DNA of 64,000 bases from Candidatus Micrarchaeota archaeon (GTDB lineage: Archaea > Micrarchaeota > Micrarchaeia > Anstonellales > Bilamarchaeaceae): positions 1 to 64,000 of the forward strand of contig JBGFRX010000005.1 of assembly GCA_041694885.1 (NCBI GenBank). Direction: 5' to 3'. The stretch's first letter is position 1. Each line of letters begins with the position of its first letter. The notes below the pieces were generated by a model. It did not search any database. It was not told the origin of the DNA and saw nothing but the letters and a program-made list of their open reading frames with translations. The position numbers and the translations under genes are program-made. Of this stretch, positions 57,315 to 64,000 are shown one piece after another.

Positions 57315-58649
57315 TCAGAATTTGAGCCAGGGAATGAAATTTATTATGAACGCGAGCACAGTGAGCCAGGAAACCGCCTTCATTATCTCCTTGCTTCTGA
57401 AATTGATTTCGAGCAACCGGTAACCGTCGAAGAATGGAAGGGGGAGAAGGTTCACAACCCCTATTACGAAATTGAGCGAGAATGCGAGCCCGAGGAGATT
57501 GTACAGGAACTGGAGCGCAGGGTTCGGGTACTTGGCTATGAAGAAGAGCGAGGAGAGGTCGTAGAGCGTCCCCTTCGTTATCGTTCCCTCATAAGTTCCA
57601 GCACTCGTTTCGAAAACGTGCGTCTTGCTGTACTTCGTTTCGTTGTCCGCGCTCTGGAGGAAAGCCATCGCATCCTGGCCGTTTATCCTGTAAATCACCG
57701 CACCGCTCTCGTTCCCCCCAAGCACGAGCAGCCCTGTTTCCTTGTATTGCTCTGTGGAGACGAGGAACGCGAGGAAAACCGCGAACATCGCAAGCGAAGT
57801 GAGGAGATTTGCAGCGCTTCCCGCAGCCAGCACCCGTGTCTGCTTTTCATTATCCAGTTTTTTCAGCTGCCTATCGTCAGGTTCCACGAATGCTCCAATC
57901 GGAATGATTCCGAACAGCACCACTCCTGAAGATAGTATCTTCACTTTCCCTACGCGCGCGAGCACCGCGTGCGCCCCTTCATGCACGACCAAAATGAGCG
58001 CAAGAGCAATGATGCCTTCTGCGAATGGTATGTTCACTCCTGGAAGTATGAGCGTGGCTCCAGGGGCCGTTTTCGCAAGCTGTCCTGTACCGAAAAACAA
58101 TGTCCCTATTATCGCTGAGACGATTACCGCGCTGTATGCAAGCAAGCTCGCGAACACTGCAAACGCCAGCCCGCCTAAATAAAGCAGCGCAGCGCCTAAA
58201 ACCGCGTAGCTTCCATCGCCGCCTTTTGCAGCAAGTCCCTCCTCCCCCAATGTGCCGAGCAGAAAAGGGAAAACAACGGGTGCAACGAAGAAGGAAATGA
58301 TGCTGAGTAGCACGAGCCCGAAGAACACCATGATCGCACGCTCAGCAGCTTTCCTTTTTATTATGAAGAACGAGGCGGCCCCGTATGCAAGCACCGTTCC
58401 TATGTCGGCGAAAAGATTCCACAACCCGGCATCCTTCGCGAGCCGCTCCACTGTGGCGAGCCCTGCATTGCTCTTCACCATGAGCATGCCCCATTCGTCC
58501 TTTATGTTCAGCTTTCTTGCGAGGACTTTGCTTATGCAGTACATCCCGGCCATCGCGAGGCCAAACTTGAGAGCAACGTGCATCTGCAGGTTTATCACGA
58601 GCAGCAGGAACGCTATTCCAATAAGGACAATGAGCGGGACGTAAAACAT
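57315..58649 (-). CDS. Site-2 protease (peptidase M50)
   Basis: HEGAH, GAFVEP, AAGSAAN, NLLPLPFFDG; start trimmed to MFYVPL. Confidence 0.92.
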   Translation of the reverse strand: MFYVPLIVLIGIAFLLLVINLQMHVALKFGLAMAGMYCISKVLARKLNIKDEWGMLMVKSNAGLATVERLAKDAGLWNLFADIGTVLAYGAASFFIIKRKAAERAIMVFFGLVLLSIISFFVAPVVFPFLLGTLGEEGLAAKGGDGSYAVLGAALLYLGGLAFAVFASLLAYSAVIVSAIIGTLFFGTGQLAKTAPGATLILPGVNIPFAEGIIALALILVVHEGAHAVLARVGKVKILSSGVVLFGIIPIGAFVEPDDRQLKKLDNEKQTRVLAAGSAANLLTSLAMFAVFLAFLVSTEQYKETGLLVLGGNESGAVIYRINGQDAMAFLQSADNETKYSKTHVFETSAGTYEGTITKGTLYDLSSLFFIAKYPNPALQFLYNLLGLAFSLNFVIGVVNLLPLPFFDGYRLLEINFRSKEIMKAVSWLTVLAFIINFIPWLKF

Positions 58650-58705
58650 AAAGAATAAAAGGATGAGGAAATTTATATAATTGCCTGTATCAAAGTGAAG
58701 AAAAA

Positions 58706-59191
58706 ATGGACTGTGAAATTTGCGGCAAAAGGGAAGCGTTCTGCCTCGTGTATCTGGAAGGCGCGGAAATCGGCGCATGCGCCCCATGCGCGCGGGGCGG
58801 CAAAGTAATTCATTATTTCGAAAATCACAAAATCGGAGCAGGAGAGGCAGGAAGCGGCACGCCTCATTTTTCCCCTAAGCCGAAAAGCGAAGAAGAGATA
58901 GTCGAGGGCTACGGTAAGAAAATAAGGGATGCGAGGGTAAAGTCGGGAATCGGACTCGAGGAGCTGGGAATGAAGATAGCTGAAAAAGCAAATTATTTGG
59001 ACCATATAGAGCGGGAGGACATGCTCCCGTCGCTTGCAATTGCCCGGAAGCTCGAGAAATTTTTCGGGATACGGCTTGTGGAGACGGAGACGAATGCGCA
59101 GCACGAAATGAAGTTCGCGGGTGGGAAAAGGGAGCTCACCCTCATAGACGTTGTGGAAATAGAGAGGAAAGGGGGCAGAAAGAAGAAATAA
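58706..59191 (+). CDS. Archaeal multiprotein bridging factor aMBF1 (Zn ribbon + HTH)
   Basis: MDCEICG...EGA...CAPC; IVEGYG..IR.AR; LEKFFGIRL. Confidence 0.88.
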   Translation: MDCEICGKREAFCLVYLEGAEIGACAPCARGGKVIHYFENHKIGAGEAGSGTPHFSPKPKSEEEIVEGYGKKIRDARVKSGIGLEELGMKIAEKANYLDHIEREDMLPSLAIARKLEKFFGIRLVETETNAQHEMKFAGGKRELTLIDVVEIERKGGRKKK

Positions 59192-59244
59192 AAACCGGCG
59201 CAGAAGAGATAAAAACAAAAAAAAACAATCTGCAAGGTGGTCCC

Positions 59245-59886
59245 ATGGGCGAAGGCGCTAAAAAAATGAAGAGTTTCGTACCTGACATCAGCGTTCCAAA
59301 AGAAGTGAAATTCGGCATCGCGGGCAAAAAGGGCGAAGAATATATTGCCAAGCGGTTTTCGTCCATGCTTTCAGATGCAAGAAAGCAGCTTCGCAGGATA
59401 TTCTCCTTCAAATGCATGGATGAGGAAAAGCCGCTTGCAGCGCTCCGCTCAATCGCCGAGTCGTCTCCTGAAGGCGCCGAAGCAGTTGCACTGGCGATAA
59501 AATACTTCTATGACAGCTGCGAATACGCGAAGAGAATTACCAAGATGAGTACCTCGGTCATAAACGCCCGCAACAAAAAAGTGAATCTCATCAAACAGCA
59601 GGTAGAGAACATGCCAAATGAGGAGAGGTGCGTTCGTAAGGACGTACGCAAATTAGTGGAAGGCATGCTCTGCACAAACGAAGTACTCGGCACCATGTAC
59701 AAAAAACATCTTCTCGAATTCCTCAACTCAAACTACAATAAGGTGGAAACCGTGGCAGATGTTCTCAAGGGCTATCCGAAAACGTTTGCGGAAAAATTCG
59801 GCGAAGCGGCGAAGGTGAACTTAGAGCATGTGGAAGCTGCCATCCGGAAAATCAGGCGAAGTAGGGGCAGGGAAGAGATTGTATGA
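59245..59886 (+). CDS. Hypothetical protein
   Basis: 213-aa ORF co-oriented between MBF1 and fen; no motif recognised. Confidence 0.6.
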   Translation: MGEGAKKMKSFVPDISVPKEVKFGIAGKKGEEYIAKRFSSMLSDARKQLRRIFSFKCMDEEKPLAALRSIAESSPEGAEAVALAIKYFYDSCEYAKRITKMSTSVINARNKKVNLIKQQVENMPNEERCVRKDVRKLVEGMLCTNEVLGTMYKKHLLEFLNSNYNKVETVADVLKGYPKTFAEKFGEAAKVNLEHVEAAIRKIRRSRGREEIV

Positions 59887-59964
59887 TTGGCCAGGTCGAG
59901 GAAGAGAACGCGAAACAAAAAACCTGGTAAAACCGAAACCAGAAATTGAAAACAGGTAACTTCC

Positions 59965-60993
59965 ATGAGCGTGGACATAGGTGACCTTGTTCCGAGGCAT
60001 CCCACGACGCTGGAGAAGCTCGGCGGAAAGATAATCGCGTTCGACGCATTCAATGTAATCTACCAGTTCCTCGCATCGATAAGACAGGAGGACGGCACGC
60101 CCTTAATGGATTTCAAGGGGCGGCCCACAGGCCATCTTTCCGGCCTTTTCTACCGCAACGCACGCCTCATGGAGAATGGAGTAAAGCCGGTTTATGTCTT
60201 CGACGGCGAGCCGCCTGAATTCAAGAAAAAAGAAATAGAGAGAAGGAAGGAAGCGAAGAAGGAGGCAGAGGCGAAATGGAAGGAGGCGCTCGATTACGAA
60301 CGTTTTGAGGATGCAAAGAAGTTCGCGCAGGCAACCTCGAAGCTCACCCCCGAAATGGTAGAGGAATCGAAGGAACTGCTTTCAGCACTCGGCATCCCCT
60401 GCGTGCAGGCGCCGAGTGAGGGCGAGGCGCAGGCAGCCTACATGGTGAAGAAGGACATCGCGTACGCATCCGCCTCGCAGGACTACGACTCCATACTCTT
60501 CGCTTCCCCGCGCCTTATCCGCAACCTTTCCATAACCGGAAAAAGGAAGGTGCCGAGGCAGAACCGCTACGTGCTCGTGGAGCCGGAAGAAATAATTTAC
60601 GAAGAAGTACTTTCCTCTCTTGGAATAAGCCGCGAGCAGCTAATCCTTATAGGACTCCTCTGCGGCACCGACTTCAACAAAGGGGTGAAGGGCGTTGGCC
60701 CGAAGACAGCGCTCAAGATAGTGAAAGAGAACAAAACCCCTTCCGAAATCAAAAAATACATCAAGGCGAAATACGATTACGGGTTGGAAGAGGAAATTTT
60801 CGAATTCTTCCTCAATCCACCTGCAATGGATTTGGGAAAAATCAGATCCGGAAGCCCGAATGTGGAAATGGTGCGCAAAATTCTGGTGGAGGGGCACGAT
60901 TTCTCGGACGAAAGGGTTGACAGGGTGCTTTCCGGGCTGGAAAAGATCATGAAAGAAAAAAGTGCGCAGAAGAAGATCGAAAATTGGTTCTAA
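59965..60993 (+). CDS. fen: Flap endonuclease 1
   Basis: DAFN..YQFL.SIRQ.DG, VFDG, APSEGEAQ, SQDYD, GTDFN, PIP box QKKIENWF. Confidence 0.97.
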   Translation: MSVDIGDLVPRHPTTLEKLGGKIIAFDAFNVIYQFLASIRQEDGTPLMDFKGRPTGHLSGLFYRNARLMENGVKPVYVFDGEPPEFKKKEIERRKEAKKEAEAKWKEALDYERFEDAKKFAQATSKLTPEMVEESKELLSALGIPCVQAPSEGEAQAAYMVKKDIAYASASQDYDSILFASPRLIRNLSITGKRKVPRQNRYVLVEPEEIIYEEVLSSLGISREQLILIGLLCGTDFNKGVKGVGPKTALKIVKENKTPSEIKKYIKAKYDYGLEEEIFEFFLNPPAMDLGKIRSGSPNVEMVRKILVEGHDFSDERVDRVLSGLEKIMKEKSAQKKIENWF

Positions 60994-61622
60994 ATCCTGA
61001 AGAATTTCCTGGCTACTTTCACTGCGCCGTGCACTCCCAACATCGTCGGCCTTGCTTCGCCGCATATTTTCCCGTTCCTTAGGGCATTTAGCAATTCCTT
61101 CGGATTTTCGACATCAAATTCCTTCATTTCTATCCAGCATCTTCCGAATTCAAACAAAAGATGAGCGTCGCTTCCAGCGCCTTTCAGCTTCCTGTTTCTT
61201 TCGGCGAATTCGAGTGCATTTGCATTGCATTCCTTTGTGCAGTGGCCGTTCAGCACCTCCACCACATCGACCTTCTTCGCCAATTTTTCATCGGAAACAC
61301 CATGCCTTCTCGCATCATACATGTGCGGAAGGTAGGAAATAGCACCCTGATCCTTTAGCTGGTCCAGTGTTTCAAGGAAGTCCAGCTTGTCCGGGATCAG
61401 TTCGTTCAGGTAAAGCCCTATAAGATCGCCCTGCAGCGTCTTCATTTCCTCCCCAGCTATAAACCTAAAGCCCATTTTCCGCAGCTCTGCATGTGATTTG
61501 ATGTTCCCGTGATCAGTTATCGCAGGAATTATGCCAAACTCCTTCGCCTTCGCAAAAATCTCCCTAAAGCCACAGAGCGAATCAGGAGAATAATTTGTGT
61601 GCACATGCAGGTCTATCTTCAT
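60990..61622 (-). CDS. PHP-domain metal-dependent phosphoesterase
   Basis: DLHVHT..S.D, ITDH, GEE, GSDAH; start trimmed to MKIDLH. Confidence 0.9.
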   Translation of the reverse strand: MKIDLHVHTNYSPDSLCGFREIFAKAKEFGIIPAITDHGNIKSHAELRKMGFRFIAGEEMKTLQGDLIGLYLNELIPDKLDFLETLDQLKDQGAISYLPHMYDARRHGVSDEKLAKKVDVVEVLNGHCTKECNANALEFAERNRKLKGAGSDAHLLFEFGRCWIEMKEFDVENPKELLNALRNGKICGEARPTMLGVHGAVKVARKFFRI

Positions 61623-61664
61623 GCAAATTCCTTTTCTTTTTGAGGTGAATAACTTGGATGTTGT

Positions 61665-61950
61665 GCTGAGGCGGTTAGTTCGTCTTAGGTATTGCGTGAC
61701 ATTTGACTCAGCGGGGTAAACCCTTGCATCCTTGGCGATTGGCAGCGGCATTTCATCTTCTTTTCAACAGCTCCCTTCTTCATCGCGAAAGTTGAAAGAA
61801 GTTTTTTTTCTGTATCGCTGCCAGGCCCCTTAAAGGCCCTTTATCTAGGATGGACGGAACTTCCTCACCCAAACCGGTTTCCCCCTTCCAGTTCCGAAAC
61901 GGAAAACCCGAAAGAGGAAACTTCTGTGGGCGTAGCCACTCCGCCTCAGC
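61665..61950 (-). ncRNA. rnpB: RNase P RNA (type-M-like)
   Basis: P1 GCTGAGGCGG/CCGCCTCAGC; CR-I GAGGAAGTTCCG; CR-II ACAGAAA; CR-III TGAAA; P5 CATCC/GGATG; P10/11 GGCAGCG/CGCTGCC; P4 3' strand GACGAACT; upstream TATATAAA. Confidence 0.9.
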
Positions 61951-62057
61951 AAAAATAATTGCTCTTTTCGCCTTTATATAATGCGCAGTCGTTCTGGTAC
62001 GAATTCAGGATTTCCTCATCCCAGCGAGTTCGCAGATTAAGACATTTTTCAGCGAAT

Positions 62058-62546
62058 CTATCTGATTTTATAATGAGCGATTATTCCCCGCGCCCGTGCA
62101 ACTGTCCTGAACATGTTTTTCCAGTGGCCCCCTTTCCAGTATATTTTCCCGCATTTTCTGCATATCCAGAATTTCCTTTTTCTTCTATATACGTCAGGCG
62201 GGGCTTCGGTTCTGGAGACTTTCCCCGCGATTTGAAAGGTGCCGTTGCATTTCGGGCAGCGGGTGTTTTTTGGGAAAGTTATTTTGTAACTATAGTTACA
62301 AAAGACCTGTGCAATCTGCTCCCCTATGTCAACGGAGTTGATGAGCAAAAATTCCGCCTTCCTTTTCCTAAGAGAGGGAAGCATTTTCGCATCGCGGGTA
62401 AGAAGGACGAGGTTGTGCCTTTTGACGTACGAGATTATGCGCGAATCCGGCTTTCCCCTCGAATAATCGTATTCGCAGTAAACGCCGAGTATGCGCAGCC
62501 ATTCCGCCAATTTTTTCAGCATCGCATCAGCAAGGAACTTTTGCAT
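62058..62546 (-). CDS. Mut7-C RNase (PIN-like, DUF82) domain protein
   Basis: FLADAML..LA.WLR.LG, LLTRD, RCPKCNG, C.KCGKIYW.GGH. Confidence 0.92.
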   Translation of the reverse strand: MQKFLADAMLKKLAEWLRILGVYCEYDYSRGKPDSRIISYVKRHNLVLLTRDAKMLPSLRKRKAEFLLINSVDIGEQIAQVFCNYSYKITFPKNTRCPKCNGTFQIAGKVSRTEAPPDVYRRKRKFWICRKCGKIYWKGGHWKNMFRTVARARGIIAHYKIR

Positions 62547-62665
62547 GAATGGATTTGCGACGGCTTTATATATAAAGTGTGGAATGAGCAGCTTAGGGTG
62601 CCGCTCTGGGCAGCAGGCCTTCAGGAGGTGATAAAGGAAGAAAATAAATTAAAAAACAAAAATGA

Positions 62666-62974
62666 CTAACTGAGCAGGATCTTCACGAAGACGTCGTCAG
62701 GGACCTTTATCCTCATGATGTTCCTTATGCTCTTCTCGTCCGCTTCCACATAAAGCAGGCGCTTGGAGATTCTCTTCTGCCAGTGCTCGTAGGTATCGCT
62801 CCCATCCCCGCACGGAGTCCTTCTTGTGGTTATGGAAAGGATCCTTCTCGGCATAGGAATCGGTCCGCGGATTTTCATTCCGAAGCGCTTCGCGAGCTCC
62901 TTTATCTGCGCTATCACGCTGAGTATGTTCTTCGGCTTCTCTCCGCTGAGCGTTATTTTTACTTTGCTTGCCAT
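62666..62974 (-). CDS. rpsJ: 30S ribosomal protein S10 (uS10)
   Basis: RGPIPMP, TRRTPCGDGSDTYEHW; follows EF-1alpha. Confidence 0.95.
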   Translation of the reverse strand: MASKVKITLSGEKPKNILSVIAQIKELAKRFGMKIRGPIPMPRRILSITTRRTPCGDGSDTYEHWQKRISKRLLYVEADEKSIRNIMRIKVPDDVFVKILLS

Positions 62975-63013
62975 CAGCTCACTGCATTCTTACCGCATGC
63001 CATTCTGTTGTCG

Positions 63014-64000
63014 CTATTTCTTCTCCACCACGTCCAAGACCACTCCTGCTGCAACGGTCTGGCCCATGTCCCTGATCGCGAACCTGCCGAGAGGAGGGAA
63101 TTCGGAGAATTTCTCGACCACTGTTGGCTTAAGCGGCAGTATCTTCACCACTGCCACATCTCCTGTCTTGAGGAAGTCCGGCTTGCCTGGAACCGGCTGG
63201 CCTGTCTTCGGATCCTTCTTCTCCACCAATTCCGTGAACTTGCCCGCAAAGTGCGTAGTGTGTATGTGTATTACCGGTGTATAGCCAACAGAAACAGCTG
63301 TCGGGTGGTTGAGCACCACGATCTGCGCGGTGAATTCCGACGCGACCTTGGGCGGGCTGTTGCTTGGGCCAATCACTTCGCCCCTCTTTATATCCGCCTT
63401 CTCCACCCCTTTCACGTTGAAACCTACGTTGTCGCCTGGAAGCGCCTCAGCGAGTTCCTGATGGTGCATCTCTATCTTCTTCACTTCGCCCTTCTTGCCA
63501 GAAGGCATGAATATCACAGGCATGTTGATCTGCAGTTTTCCGGTCTCCACCCTTCCCACAGGCACGACGCCGTGGCCGGTGATCAGGAACACGTCCTGAA
63601 CCGGAAGGCGCAGTGCTTTGTCAACTGGCTTGGGTGGTAGAACCATGTTGTCGAGCGCTTCGAGAAGGGTGTTGCCGTTGTACCACGCCATCTTGTCCGA
63701 CTTTTTGGTTATGTTGTCCCCGTTGTAGGACGATGCGGCAATCCACTGCACGCTTTCCATCTTGTAGCCCATTCCCCTAAGCAGTTTTTCCGCCTCCGCC
63801 TTCACTTCGTTGAACTTGTTCTGGTCGTAGCCCACTGCGTCCATTTTGCTCAAATTTACTATGAGCTGGTTTATTCCCAGCACTTTTGCGAGGAACGCGT
63901 GCTCCTTGGTCTGCAGCTGTATTCCGTCCTTGACGGAAATGACGAGCACCGCCGCGTCCGCTTGGCTCGCACCTGTGATCATGTTCTTGACGAAATCCTT
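63014..64000 (-). CDS. tuf: Elongation factor 1-alpha (5' part outside window)
   Basis: KNMITGASQAD, LRLPVQDV, PVGRVETG, PGDNVGFNV, LGRFAIRDMGQTVA. Confidence 0.97.
   Translation of the reverse strand, partial: KDFVKNMITGASQADAAVLVISVKDGIQLQTKEHAFLAKVLGINQLIVNLSKMDAVGYDQNKFNEVKAEAEKLLRGMGYKMESVQWIAASSYNGDNITKKSDKMAWYNGNTLLEALDNMVLPPKPVDKALRLPVQDVFLITGHGVVPVGRVETGKLQINMPVIFMPSGKKGEVKKIEMHHQELAEALPGDNVGFNVKGVEKADIKRGEVIGPSNSPPKVASEFTAQIVVLNHPTAVSVGYTPVIHIHTTHFAGKFTELVEKKDPKTGQPVPGKPDFLKTGDVAVVKILPLKPTVVEKFSEFPPLGRFAIRDMGQTVAAGVVLDVVEKK

Noticed and set aside
61623..61751. N-terminal extension of the PHP ORF
   Set aside because: Overlaps the RNase P RNA; the domain begins at MKIDLH (61622)
1..64000. 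CRISPR array, cas genes, integrase or provirus
   Set aside because: No regularly spaced repeats or such ORFs seen; no att duplication of either tRNA 3' end noticed

Overview
Archaeal chromosomal segment. The proteins resemble those of DPANN archaea, possibly Micrarchaeota (inference). Most of it is housekeeping: korAB, pyrG, hisG, hisS, purM, proS, glmS, serA, thiolase/DUF35, pyrD, alaXM, intein-containing aIF5B (infB), taw1, intein-containing class II RNR, gatCAB with non-discriminating aspS, FBP aldolase/phosphatase, a complete argJBDCFGH operon, fen1, rps10 and the 3' part of EF-1alpha. RNA genes are tRNA-Glu(CTC) with a BHB intron, initiator tRNA-Met and a type-M-like RNase P RNA. The most unusual signal is a set of short, highly structured, transposase-less IS200/IS605-like elements, all ending in TCAC on the + strand: (1) a 249-bp element with 14-bp terminal inverted repeats inserted exactly in-frame inside the aIF5B intein; (2) a 224-bp element of the same architecture between two aminotransferase genes; (3) a tnpB 3' remnant with its right end/omega-RNA region upstream of hisS. 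Also notable are two paralogous uncharacterised His-motif multi-pass membrane proteins, one bounded by a 48-bp copy of aspS and a 103-bp dispersed repeat, and a candidate ACT-domain regulator with a palindromic operator for the arg operon.
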